From Candidatus Woesearchaeota archaeon (lineage in GTDB: Archaea > Nanobdellota > Nanobdellia > Woesearchaeales > GCA-023898365): a DNA stretch of 64,000 nt. The notes beneath the pieces are model-generated. The model ran no database searches. It had not been told where the DNA came from and saw nothing but the letters and a program-made list of their open reading frames with translations. Of the stretch, positions 1 to 8,865 are shown piece after piece. Where the stretch lies: positions 737,934-801,933 of the forward strand of contig CP060219.1 in NCBI GenBank assembly GCA_023898365.1, written 5' to 3'. The position numbers were made by a program, and so were the translations under genes. The stretch's first letter is position 1. The number at the start of each line of letters is the position of its first letter.

Positions 1-399
1 CAAGATACTCTTGTGCTTGTACGTTATCATCACTTATTTGTTCTTTAACATATCTGACTCGTTCATTTTCTGCTTCAACTTTCTTTGCAAGATATGTTTG
101 CAAATCAGTTAGTGCTTCTTGCGTATTTCCTTCTTGAATTTTTGCTTGCAGCTGTTCTTTTTCTTGATTCCAATTCTCTTTTGCTGCTGCAACTTGTTCT
201 TTTGCTTGAACGTACCGGGCTTTTGCTTCTCGATAATCTTCTTTTGCCTGCACATCCATGGTATGAATTGTTGGGGATCTTGCCGCAACACTGATTCTTT
301 CTTGTCCCATCGTAACTGAGACTGCATTCGTACTTTGCACTGCAGTTACTACGCCACTAAGAGCGAGAAGAACGCAAAGTAACACTATGATTTTTTTCA
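1..399 (-). CDS. Secreted coiled-coil protein, 5'-complete but 3'-partial (runs off window start)
   Basis: ATG at 399 preceded by GGAGGT 7 nt upstream; MKKIIVLLCVLLALSGVVTAVQS signal peptide; no stop to position 1; track ORFs 85-327 are other frames inside it. Confidence 0.6.
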
Positions 400-499
400 T
401 CACACTACCTCCGAGCAAATATGGATTTTTTCTACAAATCAATGTTTAAAAAAGTTGTGCTTAAAAATACTTATAAATAAGTAATCGGTGAAGAAATGC

Positions 500-943
500 A
501 TGCAACGAAAGACGCTATCCAAATCTGAAATAAAAGAATTTTTCTCAACAGTCAACATTTCTCTACCACTGACAAAAAAGGATGTGGTGGTGCGCTATGA
601 TGATCGCATCACGATAAATGAAAAATCTGCATTTTTTCAAGCTGAAAACTTGTGGTATCCAACATTGTGGTTAGTTTCTTCATACGCGCTTTCTTTGCCA
701 AGAGTCATTGTTGACAAAGGCGCTATTCGGTTTGTCGTTAACGGTGCAGATGTGATGCGACCAGGCATTGTCGCTGCTGATGAGTTTATGCAAGAAGAAA
801 CGGTGTGCATAGTTGATCAAGATCATGGCAAAAAACTAGGTATTGGCAAAGCACTTTTCTCATCAAAAGATCTCTTAGCTTTAGAGAAAGGAAAAGTGGT
901 GCGCACTTTGCATGTTGTTGGCGACCAGTTTTGGAATACGTAA
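500..943 (+). CDS. PUA-domain RNA-binding protein (Tma20/MCT-1-like, archaeal type)
   Basis: Fold-like pattern ...RFVVNGADVMRPGIV...; track start 488 is GTG, first ATG at 500 lies ~25 bp downstream of TATA-like cttataaataag (leaderless). Confidence 0.6.
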   Translation: MQRKTLSKSEIKEFFSTVNISLPLTKKDVVVRYDDRITINEKSAFFQAENLWYPTLWLVSSYALSLPRVIVDKGAIRFVVNGADVMRPGIVAADEFMQEETVCIVDQDHGKKLGIGKALFSSKDLLALEKGKVVRTLHVVGDQFWNT

Positions 944-972
944 AGAATACAAGGTTAAACAAGAAAAAATAA

Positions 973-1194
973 TTACTTTCTTTCCATGTAACCGCACTTA
1001 CCACAGGTAAGACGATCTTTATGATCTGCTAAGAAAACGCCTGAACCACATTTGGCACAAGTCTTTTTTTTACGTTTGAAAGAATCGCCTGAAACATCGT
1101 AGAGGGTGTGGAGTTTTTGCGACGGTTTTTTCTTCTTACCGGTGGTCTTCGCTGGACCTTTTGCTGCTCCTCCGCCTTTCTTTTTCGCTGCCAT
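973..1194 (-). CDS. rps27ae: 30S ribosomal protein S27ae (eS31)
   Basis: Lys-rich N-term plus zinc ribbon [24 protein letters not shown] typical of S27ae. Confidence 0.9.
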   Translation of the reverse strand: MAAKKKGGGAAKGPAKTTGKKKKPSQKLHTLYDVSGDSFKRKKKTCAKCGSGVFLADHKDRLTCGKCGYMERK

Positions 1195-1196
1195 GT

Positions 1197-1499
1197 TTAT
1201 TCCTCTTCTTTCTTCTCTTCTGCGATGAGATTATGTTTTTTGAGAACATATTTTGGCTCAATGACTTTCATGTCTTCCGCATTGTCATAGACGAACGCAG
1301 TTACTTCTGCTGATCCTTCGCCAAAATGATTATAGATTGATTTAATGATGAGGAGTTCTTTTGCAGCTTTGAGAAGTTTAGCAAGTTCTTCCCTTACTTC
1401 TTCTCGCTTTGGTGTTGCTCCATCGAAGAAAATTTTAACTTCGACTTCTTTTCTTGAGAGAAGCGGTCTTGCATATTCTTTTTGCACGTCAACTTTCAT
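1197..1499 (-). CDS. rps24e: 30S ribosomal protein S24e
   Basis: 100 aa; [11 protein letters not shown]...TPKR...[35 protein letters not shown] resembles S24e; acidic tail; 2-nt gap to S27ae. Confidence 0.85.
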   Translation of the reverse strand: MKVDVQKEYARPLLSRKEVEVKIFFDGATPKREEVREELAKLLKAAKELLIIKSIYNHFGEGSAEVTAFVYDNAEDMKVIEPKYVLKKHNLIAEEKKEEE

Positions 1500-1500
1500 C

Positions 1501-1686
1501 TTACTTTACCTTGATGGCATACTCACCTTTGACAGTGATGCCCATTTCTTGCGCGACAAGAGATTCTTTCGCGTCATGAATATAAACGAAACCTTGCCAG
1601 TTGGTAGCAAGTGACTGCTTTTTGCAAAGCGGGCACACATCGCCTTCAACAAGCGCTTTATCGTTTCGACATGCTTTCTTCTTCAT
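1501..1686 (-). CDS. spt4: Transcription elongation factor Spt4 / RNAP subunit E''
   Basis: 62 aa from internal ATG (1686): MKKKACRNDKALVEGDVCPLCKK...GKYAIKV, zinc-ribbon Spt4 pattern; immediately downstream of rpoE'. Confidence 0.75.
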   Translation of the reverse strand: MKKKACRNDKALVEGDVCPLCKKQSLATNWQGFVYIHDAKESLVAQEMGITVKGEYAIKVK

Positions 1687-1718
1687 AATGACCTGGAATG
1701 AAAGTTCATTTAAAAAAC

Positions 1719-2264
1719 TTATTTTTTCTTGGAGAGATCTTCTGAAACCCATTCAAGCTTTCCAAGGCCTGGTTGGCGCATGGTTAACCCAAAGCGTGGA
1801 TTGAGTTGATCCTTAAATGAAACTGCGATAACTTTTGCAAGGCATTTATCACCAATTTTAAGTGTTCGCTTTGTTTCTTTTCCAAGTAAGGCTTTATCTT
1901 TTGAGAAGGAAACATAATCATTCATTGCTTGAGAAATATGGATCATGCCATCGACGGGACCCATGCTAAAGAAAACGCCGAAATCAGCAATGTCTTTAAC
2001 TCTACCAATCATGATCTCTTTTAATTCTGGTTGGAAAACGATGAGAGTGAATTCAGTATCATAATACACGCCACCATCTCCCATGATGATTACGCCTTCA
2101 CCAATTTTTTCAACAGAAGAAACTTCGACAACAACGCCAAGATCTTTAGAAATAAAACCGTTGAATTTCGCCTTGACTTCGTTGATGATTCCAGCTGAAA
2201 CATCTTCGCCGAGTCGTTCTGGTGAAACCCGAACGTGATCCTTGACTTTTACGCGATAATACAT
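1719..2264 (-). CDS. rpoE: DNA-directed RNA polymerase subunit E' (Rpb7 homolog, S1 domain)
   Basis: From ATG at 2264: MYYRVKVKDHVRVSPERLGED...GEGVIIMGDGGVYYDTEF...MIHISQ...ALTMRQPGLGKLEWV matches RpoE'; start overlaps stop of the upstream PIN gene. Confidence 0.9.
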   Translation of the reverse strand: MYYRVKVKDHVRVSPERLGEDVSAGIINEVKAKFNGFISKDLGVVVEVSSVEKIGEGVIIMGDGGVYYDTEFTLIVFQPELKEIMIGRVKDIADFGVFFSMGPVDGMIHISQAMNDYVSFSKDKALLGKETKRTLKIGDKCLAKVIAVSFKDQLNPRFGLTMRQPGLGKLEWVSEDLSKKK

Positions 2265-2638
2265 TATATACCCAGAATTCGCTTTTGCTTTATAAACATT
2301 ACTCTTATGCCCCGTTCCGCACATGCTTTTTTGAGCAATTTATCGCTTGTAATCACCACCTCTTGCGTGGTAAGCTCTAAAAAGGCGTCATCGGCAGTCT
2401 GGAACGAGTTTTTTCCACGCAGGGGAACTTGTTCCTTTGCAATTATTTGTTGTGCCACGCGGGCATATTGGCCTCTTTTCGAGTCTTCTTTCGCAAGGCG
2501 CGCCAATTCTTTTTCGACAGCAGCGTGTAACGCAATAACGCATGGCTCAAGCACGACCCGTTTTATCTCTTCAAAGAGTGAGAACGTGCCACTACCAACG
2601 GCTAGCCATACATTTGTATCAGGATAAATCGTGGTCAT
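2264..2638 (-). CDS. PIN-domain protein of the archaeal rpoE' neighbourhood (Nob1/Fcf1-like small PIN)
   Basis: 124 aa; N-terminal DTNVW motif typical of PIN; conserved position upstream of rpoE'-spt4 in archaeal genomes. Confidence 0.55.
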   Translation of the reverse strand: MTTIYPDTNVWLAVGSGTFSLFEEIKRVVLEPCVIALHAAVEKELARLAKEDSKRGQYARVAQQIIAKEQVPLRGKNSFQTADDAFLELTTQEVVITSDKLLKKACAERGIRVMFIKQKRILGI

Positions 2639-3657
2639 GAGAGTAAGGTGCTTAAGCGTTTTTTTAGGAGAGGAAACTCTTCAGCAATGATTGAGCCGCC
2701 GCATGCATGCGTATGGCCTCCCCCACTTCCTTGGAGGCCTTCAAGAGCAATTTTTAACGCGCTGGCAAGGTCCTTTGTGGTGTTTCTTGCAGAAAATGCA
2801 ATTTGATCTCCTTTTTGTCTGCCAATAAGGACTGTTTTTTCAGGATACCTAATGAGTAATTCGTTTGAAAGATCTCCTGTAAATGATAATCCTTCATCTT
2901 GATACACGTGAGACACGAGTGGGCTTCTGGTCGCTTTAATTTGTCTTCTGATTTTATCGTACTGCACTTGAATTTTTTCTGCGTATCGGTACAAAAATTT
3001 ACCTTGCGACGTTGTTTGTTCAAGAATTTCACTCGCTTCTTTAATGCGCGTCATAATTTTGATGTTTTTTTTCACATCCTTTGTTGGTCCTTTCAAAATG
3101 AAATTGATCATGCGCACAAACGATCCCCAAATCGTGTCAAGATAGATGTCTTCCTGCTTGGTGACTGAAGGAGGGATTACTCCAGGATATGCTTTTTTGA
3201 ACTCTGCAAGGTGATGTGTTTGCCAATCGCCAATGATGCCGGTCATCGCAATCCACAAGGGTCCGCCAGCTAATTCATACGCCCAGTACGCAGTGCACGA
3301 ATTATCTTCATCATTAAACATACGTGGGTTAAAATAGGTGCACCCGGTGACTTGTTGCACCGGGTGATGATCTAAGTAGAAGACAGGTGCTTTGCACGCA
3401 TCAATGAACTCTTGCTCCACAACAGGTTTGTCAAGAATGAAAATGACATCCGGATGGTAACTGTTTATTTTGTCAATAAATGGTTCATTGTAGGTAACAT
3501 GAAGTTTTTGCATGATGCCTTTACCTTCTTTTACAAAGTGATACAAGAGAAGAAAACTTGAAAGACCGTCTGTATCCCCATCAAAAATGTATACTGGCCT
3601 CTGAGCGTTTTGTAATGCTTCTTTAAATTTTTTAATCAGCGCTTCTTTTTTCTCCAT
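2635..3657 (-). CDS. DHH-family phosphoesterase with DHHA1 domain (RecJ/GAN-like nuclease or nanoRNase)
   Basis: FDGDTDGLSS (DHH motif I), LDHHP, C-terminal GGGHTHACGG (DHHA1); start placed at ATG 3657 to avoid overlapping the upstream gene. Confidence 0.8.
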   Translation of the reverse strand: MEKKEALIKKFKEALQNAQRPVYIFDGDTDGLSSFLLLYHFVKEGKGIMQKLHVTYNEPFIDKINSYHPDVIFILDKPVVEQEFIDACKAPVFYLDHHPVQQVTGCTYFNPRMFNDEDNSCTAYWAYELAGGPLWIAMTGIIGDWQTHHLAEFKKAYPGVIPPSVTKQEDIYLDTIWGSFVRMINFILKGPTKDVKKNIKIMTRIKEASEILEQTTSQGKFLYRYAEKIQVQYDKIRRQIKATRSPLVSHVYQDEGLSFTGDLSNELLIRYPEKTVLIGRQKGDQIAFSARNTTKDLASALKIALEGLQGSGGGHTHACGGSIIAEEFPLLKKRLSTLLS

Positions 3658-3697
3658 GGATTCTCCTGGTCTGGACAAATATTTATAAGGATTTGCC

Positions 3698-4210
3698 TTA
3701 GCTGAGGATGAGGTTAAATGGTGCGGTGACAAGAACAACATACGCTCCGACAAACAGCACGCTTAGGGTTACAGGGATCCATCGTTTTTTGATAAACGAG
3801 CTGCAAAGAGCGCTGAGTAATGCTCCAAGAAGCGCCCAGCTACTTGAAAAGAACAGTTTACCCTTATAGTCTTGTTTTATGTTCTCAGGAAATGAAGAGG
3901 TGACTGTTTCTTCTTTGTTGTTGAGCACCATTTGTGTTTTGAGCTCATAGGTGCCAAAAGGAACTGCTCTTACGTTACACGTGGTGTGCAGGGTGACGCG
4001 ATCACCTGGTTCTAGACTTTCTTCGCCAAACGATTTGTCACAAAAGGTGCCTGCTACTTGTGCTGATGGTCGCAAGATAAGTTCTGCATCACCTTGTGCG
4101 CTGCGTAAAATGAAACTATCACAAAACGTCGTATTCGCAGATATGGTGCAGGCATAACTACTTGCGATCATGGCAAAGAAAAGCACGCCTGCAAGGAAGT
4201 ATTTCATCAT
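3698..4210 (-). CDS. Secreted/membrane-anchored hypothetical protein (signal peptide, C-terminal TM)
   Basis: MMKYFLAGVLFFAMIASSYAC signal peptide with lipobox-like SYAC; C-terminal hydrophobic helix. Confidence 0.5.
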   Translation of the reverse strand: MMKYFLAGVLFFAMIASSYACTISANTTFCDSFILRSAQGDAELILRPSAQVAGTFCDKSFGEESLEPGDRVTLHTTCNVRAVPFGTYELKTQMVLNNKEETVTSSFPENIKQDYKGKLFFSSSWALLGALLSALCSSFIKKRWIPVTLSVLFVGAYVVLVTAPFNLILS

Positions 4211-6153
4211 GCATACGGTATGCTGCTTGAAAGCTCTCCAAGACGAATGTCATCGTAGAGTTCCCTGATTGCATCGTAAATCATCATCCGTTCTTCTTTG
4301 TTAAACGGTGTCGATTCAAAAGATTCTTTGATAGCCATGTAATCTTTTTTTGCTTCATCAAAATTCTTTTCTTCTATTTTCTTTTTACAGGCATCAATAA
4401 GGGTAAAGAACTTGCTATGCTTAAACTCCATTTGCTTGGTGAATTTATCTTGTTTTCCAAATGGGTTGACTTCATCAATTTCGTCAAGTTTTTTCTCAAT
4501 GTATTTATGGAACCCAACTGTTTCGATATTCTTGCGCATATCGTCCATCTTCTTTTCTGCTTCTTTGATATAATCAAGAATTTCTTGTTCCTTTGCAAGA
4601 CTGAGACGAACTTGTTCTTCACGTTTACGCATGGATGCGTCGTGTTCTTGTTTATGTTTTTCAAACAAATCAGTTTTCTTTTCAAGCTCTCCAAGTTTTT
4701 GCGTGTATGCGGCTTGAAGTGAACGCAAGCGATCAGATTCTTTTTTAATTTCAAGTTCTTGCGCTGCTTTGAGTCGTTTTAGTGAAAGTGTTCCTTGTGA
4801 AAGAATGCCTTCTTGTTTTTTGATGTGTGCTGCTAATGCTGCTTTTTCTTTTTGATATGCGCGTTCATCATTTTGTAGTTTTGCAAGTCTGACTTCATAT
4901 GCCGTTTTTGTTTCTTGCGCTTCTTTAACTTTTGCTAGCATTGCAAGTCTTTCTTGTTCAAGTCGTTTTTCTTTTGTTTGTATAAGTTTTTCTTGCGTTT
5001 CAAGTGTCGCCATTTTTGACCGCACTTCTTTTTCTTTTGCTTCAAGGTCTGCTAGTTGCCTTTGCTTAAGCGCTCTAAACTCTTTTTCTTGGCGATGGGT
5101 TAATTCTCTCGCATGTTCTTCTTGATGAATAGTCTTATGGAGTTGCGCAAGTTCTTTCTTGTACAGATCATCTCCTTTTTTCGCAAGTAGCGTCAAGTAC
5201 GCGTCAAGCTCAGCTTTGAACTTCTTTACCGCTTGCTTTTCGTCTGTGTGTTTAATGCGAGACAGAAGGAATGCTTCTAATTCTTTTTTGCTGGTAAGTG
5301 CTCGTGCAAACGTTGGCGCACTCGTTTTTTCTAAAATTTTTAATGCGTCTTGTAATGATTTCGCTATGGTGCCATCTTGTTTGGTGAAAAGATTCCTTAT
5401 CTTTGTTTCAGGAGTTATTGTTTTGAGCGCTGCAATTGATTTTTTGTTTTTTGCTTGCAACTCTTTAAATGGATTTGGCGGTGCTTTTAGTGTTGTATGT
5501 TTTTTCACTATTTTTTTCTTAGCTCCTTTTTTAACGGCAACTTTTTTCTTCGCCACCTTTTTTTTGAGTTGCGTTTTCTTAATCGCTTTTTTCACGGCAA
5601 CTTTCTTTTTCGCAACTTTTTTCTTAAGAGGAACTTTCTTTACTGCTTTCTTCTGAGGAGCACTCACAATCTTCTTTTTTGCAATGTTTACTTTGAGTGG
5701 TTTTTTCATAACCACTTTCTTGTTTGCTTTTGTCGCCTTTTTTATTGCAGGTGACGTTTTCTTTTTTGCATCAATCGGTTTTGCTTTTGCCGCTTCACGT
5801 AATTTATCTAGTTTTCCAGTCTTTATTGTTTTTCGTAACTTCGCAATTTCATTTGGTTCAGAAGATGCCTTTTCAAATGAGCGAGAAATACTTACTGGTT
5901 TTTTTTCAGGAAGTTCAAGGGCTTCGCGGAGTTCATCAATGCTGACATCCGCGTTTTTTCCTTTAAAGAGTTTGTTGAAGAGGCCTGCTTTTTTTTCAGG
6001 AGTTTTTGTAGCGGGTTCAGGAGCACCTTTCCAAAACGAAGAACTATCTGCTTTTGTGCTGCTTTTTTCTTTAGTTGCAGTCTTTTTTGGTGGCTCGGGG
6101 ACACCAATTGTTTTCGGCCTACTTGGTGGTCTAATTATGTTTTCCTCAACCAT
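4207..6153 (-). CDS. Lys-rich coiled-coil protein with histone-H1-like (V/A)KKK tandem repeats
   Basis: 648 aa; N-terminal ~180 aa low-complexity K/A/V tract with a 21-aa repeat, then long heptad-rich coiled coil; ATG at 6153. Confidence 0.6.
   Translation of the reverse strand: MVEENIIRPPSRPKTIGVPEPPKKTATKEKSSTKADSSSFWKGAPEPATKTPEKKAGLFNKLFKGKNADVSIDELREALELPEKKPVSISRSFEKASSEPNEIAKLRKTIKTGKLDKLREAAKAKPIDAKKKTSPAIKKATKANKKVVMKKPLKVNIAKKKIVSAPQKKAVKKVPLKKKVAKKKVAVKKAIKKTQLKKKVAKKKVAVKKGAKKKIVKKHTTLKAPPNPFKELQAKNKKSIAALKTITPETKIRNLFTKQDGTIAKSLQDALKILEKTSAPTFARALTSKKELEAFLLSRIKHTDEKQAVKKFKAELDAYLTLLAKKGDDLYKKELAQLHKTIHQEEHARELTHRQEKEFRALKQRQLADLEAKEKEVRSKMATLETQEKLIQTKEKRLEQERLAMLAKVKEAQETKTAYEVRLAKLQNDERAYQKEKAALAAHIKKQEGILSQGTLSLKRLKAAQELEIKKESDRLRSLQAAYTQKLGELEKKTDLFEKHKQEHDASMRKREEQVRLSLAKEQEILDYIKEAEKKMDDMRKNIETVGFHKYIEKKLDEIDEVNPFGKQDKFTKQMEFKHSKFFTLIDACKKKIEEKNFDEAKKDYMAIKESFESTPFNKEERMMIYDAIRELYDDIRLGELSSSIPYA
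5497..5650. repeat. Imperfect ~63-nt tandem coding repeat (two copies) inside the Lys-rich gene
   Basis: acggcaactttt(t)tcttcgc(c/a)ac(c)tttttt... repeated; encodes IKKTQLKKKVAKKKVAVKKA twice on the minus strand. Confidence 0.6.
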
Positions 6154-6258
6154 GAAACTCCCTCAGTTTAAAAGCAGCGTACCGAGTATAAAAACTTTGC
6201 GCTACTCCTTTCAAGAAATAACAATACCTTTAAATGTCTCTTTTCTTTGCAGATTTGA

Positions 6259-6588
6259 ATGGAAGAGCAACTTGATGCGTTCGCCGACCAAGTATCCAGT
6301 ATGGAGAAACGTTTGCTTGCGCTCGAAAAAACGATGATCACGCTTGATGAGCTCACGTTGTTTCGGGAGAGGTTTTCCATCCAAGAAGGAGCAAAACTTT
6401 CCTCGTCTCTTTCTTTGCTTCGAGACCATTCAACATCGCTGGGTATGAGTATTTCTCTTCTCTCATCAGAGTTTGACCAGATGAAATTGCTTTTGAAAAA
6501 CTGCGTGGTGCGAGAGCAATTTGACGTGCTTAAGAAAAAAGTAGAAGCAATTCCTTTTGAACAATTCGTTGTTCGCTCACTTTTATAA
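6259..6588 (+). CDS. Hypothetical coiled-coil protein
   Basis: 109 aa ORF with ATG, TATA-like gagtataaaaac ~60 bp upstream; no recognisable domain. Confidence 0.45.
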   Translation: MEEQLDAFADQVSSMEKRLLALEKTMITLDELTLFRERFSIQEGAKLSSSLSLLRDHSTSLGMSISLLSSEFDQMKLLLKNCVVREQFDVLKKKVEAIPFEQFVVRSLL

Positions 6589-6605
6589 TTTTTGAGGTTT
6601 ACTGT

Positions 6606-6917
6606 ATGGATACTGACCAGGAAAAAAAAATAGATCGCATCACTGAAGAAAAGCTCGCCAAGTATTTTGCAATTACTCGAGAAGCAATAGCCATGATTGA
6701 AGAAAAAGGGTTTGCCTCAGGAAAAGAAGATGACGCTCGCGAAGTGCTTTCTATGGCACAAAATTACCTTTCGGACGCCACTACCCATTTTTATCCAAAA
6801 CAAGACTTTGTCAACGCGTTTGCCGCCATAAATTACGCGCATGGTTGGCTTGACGCTGGAGCACGTTTAGGGCTCTTTTTAGTCCACGATTCTCGCCTAT
6901 TTACTGTTGATGATTGA
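6606..6917 (+). CDS. Conserved archaeal small protein (DUF357-like, inference)
   Basis: 103 aa; ...AINYAHGWLDAGARLG... motif; ATG start. Confidence 0.45.
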   Translation: MDTDQEKKIDRITEEKLAKYFAITREAIAMIEEKGFASGKEDDAREVLSMAQNYLSDATTHFYPKQDFVNAFAAINYAHGWLDAGARLGLFLVHDSRLFTVDD

Positions 6918-6995
6918 CTCATGCTCTGTTGACTTGTCTGATCTTACAATTCGAGAACAAATAATTATATAAATACCTGCAATAAAAATCCTTCC

Positions 6996-7190
6996 ATGCC
7001 TGAGAAAGATGAAAACGAAGAAGCATTCGATGAACTTGATTCTGAAGAAGTTCAAGAAGCACTTGTCGAAGACGATGAAATAGATGGTGCTGAAGAAGGG
7101 GTTATCCGCGGTTATTACGAAGAGAAGAAAAAGAAAAAGGATGACAAACCCTCAAAAGGCGACCAAATGTACGAAGAATCGTTCGGTTGA
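6996..7190 (+). CDS. Small highly acidic protein
   Basis: 64 aa, Glu/Asp-rich; TATA attatataaatacc ~25 bp upstream of ATG (leaderless). Confidence 0.45.
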   Translation: MPEKDENEEAFDELDSEEVQEALVEDDEIDGAEEGVIRGYYEEKKKKKDDKPSKGDQMYEESFG

Positions 7191-7227
7191 TAAGAAATTA
7201 TTTTTTCACTTCTTTTCTTTGCTTATG

Positions 7228-8343
7228 TTACAAAGGAGCTAAGTCTCCTGCTGGAAGATTCTGCACGTATTCTCTTGGTTTGTTCTGTGGTTGCCTGTGA
7301 GGTGGTATGTCTTTTGATAGTCCATCTCGCGCCATTCTATATTTTATGAGGTGGTGCGAGAGTTCCAATGGTCTTGCACTTCTAAGTGTATTTATGATGT
7401 ATCCTTCTCCTTTCTTTTGAAGCACGCTAGGTCCTGAATGATAGAGTGCGATAAGTGCCTCGTCAAACGGAAGTCCTTCCACTCGCGAGAGTTTTTTCCC
7501 ATAGATGTTCATGAGATCTCGTATGTGAAGAAGTCCAACATAGCTACCAACGTCCGCATCTTTCCAAATGGCACTGCTCTGACTTCTTACAAGGTTTCTT
7601 CCAGGAAAACGTGCTGCTAGTTCTCTTTTGTGTTTTGCAACGGTGTTGTTCCAGGTTCTTGGAATCATTTGACTGATACTTTTCGCATTAGATTTTGGTG
7701 ATGCTGCCGTGCTTGAGTACCCTGATTCGATGCCGATCATTCCAAGATAGCTTTCGAGAGTAAATAATTGCTGTTGTTCTGGTGTTAACACTTCTTGATA
7801 ATTGTGGGCGAGTATGTCGCGGTGTTTGACAAAGTTTCTGTGAATGTGGGCTACTTTTATCTTTGTTGCTAAGCTGTACATGCTACTGAAGGCAAACACG
7901 TCGACAAATGCGGGTTGTACATTGCGCGTAATGAGGTTGAGTTGTTCATCGAGTGTGAGTGCTTTCGTGAGTTCTTCAGGCGGGGTGGTAGGAGTTGCTT
8001 GTTCTGGAACGGGGTCATTTTTTTCTTGACTCCATTGTTTAAACTTATCTGCTATGTCGCTTCCTTTTTCTCGTAATCGTTCAAGAAAGCTTCTTTCTTC
8101 TTTGGTGAGTTGATTTGCGGGGGAAATTGTTTGGGCTGCGACATTGTGTTGTTGGAGAAATTGTTTCTCTACTTTCTCTGACCAAGAGCCTTCTCTTTGC
8201 GGATACACCGTAATAGAATAGAGTAGTGCTGCAGTGGTAACTGTGGCTAGACTATAGGTTGCAACTGCCGATCTTCGTATTCGCTCAACAATATCCATAA
8301 CTACTCCATAGTGATTAATGATTTTTAAACATTTCGCTTTCAA
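7228..8343 (-). CDS. Membrane-anchored lytic-transglycosylase-like (SLT domain) protein
   Basis: N-terminal TM (VATYSLATVTTAALLYSITVY); C-terminal IGIESGYSSTAASPKSNAKSISQMIP ... ALYHSGP fits SLT motifs E-S / GLMQ / AYNAG. Confidence 0.5.
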   Translation of the reverse strand: MKAKCLKIINHYGVVMDIVERIRRSAVATYSLATVTTAALLYSITVYPQREGSWSEKVEKQFLQQHNVAAQTISPANQLTKEERSFLERLREKGSDIADKFKQWSQEKNDPVPEQATPTTPPEELTKALTLDEQLNLITRNVQPAFVDVFAFSSMYSLATKIKVAHIHRNFVKHRDILAHNYQEVLTPEQQQLFTLESYLGMIGIESGYSSTAASPKSNAKSISQMIPRTWNNTVAKHKRELAARFPGRNLVRSQSSAIWKDADVGSYVGLLHIRDLMNIYGKKLSRVEGLPFDEALIALYHSGPSVLQKKGEGYIINTLRSARPLELSHHLIKYRMARDGLSKDIPPHRQPQNKPREYVQNLPAGDLAPL

Positions 8344-8384
8344 AATCGAAATCTTTATATTGGTATACTCTTCAGTATATTGGT

Positions 8385-8516
8385 ATGGATATCGAAATTG
8401 ATTGTGATCATCATCTTAACGGCTTTTGTTTAGATCCAGAAATCAGCATACCAGGGATCATAGCACAAGAATGCAACCATTGCAGAAAAGCACGATCCTG
8501 TAAACGACACAGATAA
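8385..8516 (+). CDS. Candidate small Cys/His-rich (zinc-finger-like) protein, 43 aa
   Basis: MDIEIDCDHHLNGFCLDPEISIPGIIAQECNHCRKARSCKRHR; ATG 25-30 bp downstream of tttatat; below track size cut-off. Confidence 0.3.
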   Translation: MDIEIDCDHHLNGFCLDPEISIPGIIAQECNHCRKARSCKRHR

Positions 8517-8523
8517 GAATTCT

Positions 8524-8820
8524 TTACAACGCCTTTCTCATTTCACTCATCAAAGAAGCAATTTTCTTACCTTTCTCTGTGAGCTTAAGCACCTTTAATC
8601 GTCCCGTCTTCTCAAAAGAGATAAGACCAAACGTTTCCATTTCCTTGAGAACTTTAACAACATGTGAATACGTGCAATCGACATTTTTAGCAAGAGAAGA
8701 TGCATAGGTTTCATTTGGTGAACTGAACAGCTCAATCAAAATCATTGCTGGCTTTTCACGGAAAAAAGTTGTGAATATCTTCTTATTGTCTTTCAAAATA
8801 TCTCCCCCCAAGGAAAACAA
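8524..8820 (-). CDS. Winged-helix transcriptional regulator (ArsR/TrmB-like)
   Basis: ...SSLAKNVDCTYSHVVKVLKEMETFGLISFEKTGRLKVLKLTEKGK helix-turn-helix + wing pattern; track start is TTG (8820); alternative ATG at 8745 gives 74 aa. Confidence 0.55.
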   Translation of the reverse strand: MFSLGGDILKDNKKIFTTFFREKPAMILIELFSSPNETYASSLAKNVDCTYSHVVKVLKEMETFGLISFEKTGRLKVLKLTEKGKKIASLMSEMRKAL

Positions 8821-8865
8821 ACGAGTAAAAATTAAAAAATTATTTCTCTTTATAATAGTTTCGAC

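Noticed and set aside
85-327. Three overlapping short ORFs (both strands) at the window start
   Set aside because: All sit inside, and in other frames than, the long open minus-strand frame that starts at ATG 399 with a good SD and a signal peptide.
5497-5650. CRISPR-like regular repeats
   Set aside because: The only tandem repeats seen are in-frame coding repeats of the Lys-rich protein. No repeat-spacer architecture or cas genes anywhere in the window.
5159-6337. Phe-rich + strand ORFs (165, 85, 217, 73 aa)
   Set aside because: Antisense to the Lys-rich gene: poly-AAA/AAG codons read as poly-TTT/CTT on the other strand. The low-complexity FFF/LLL content is typical of shadow ORFs.
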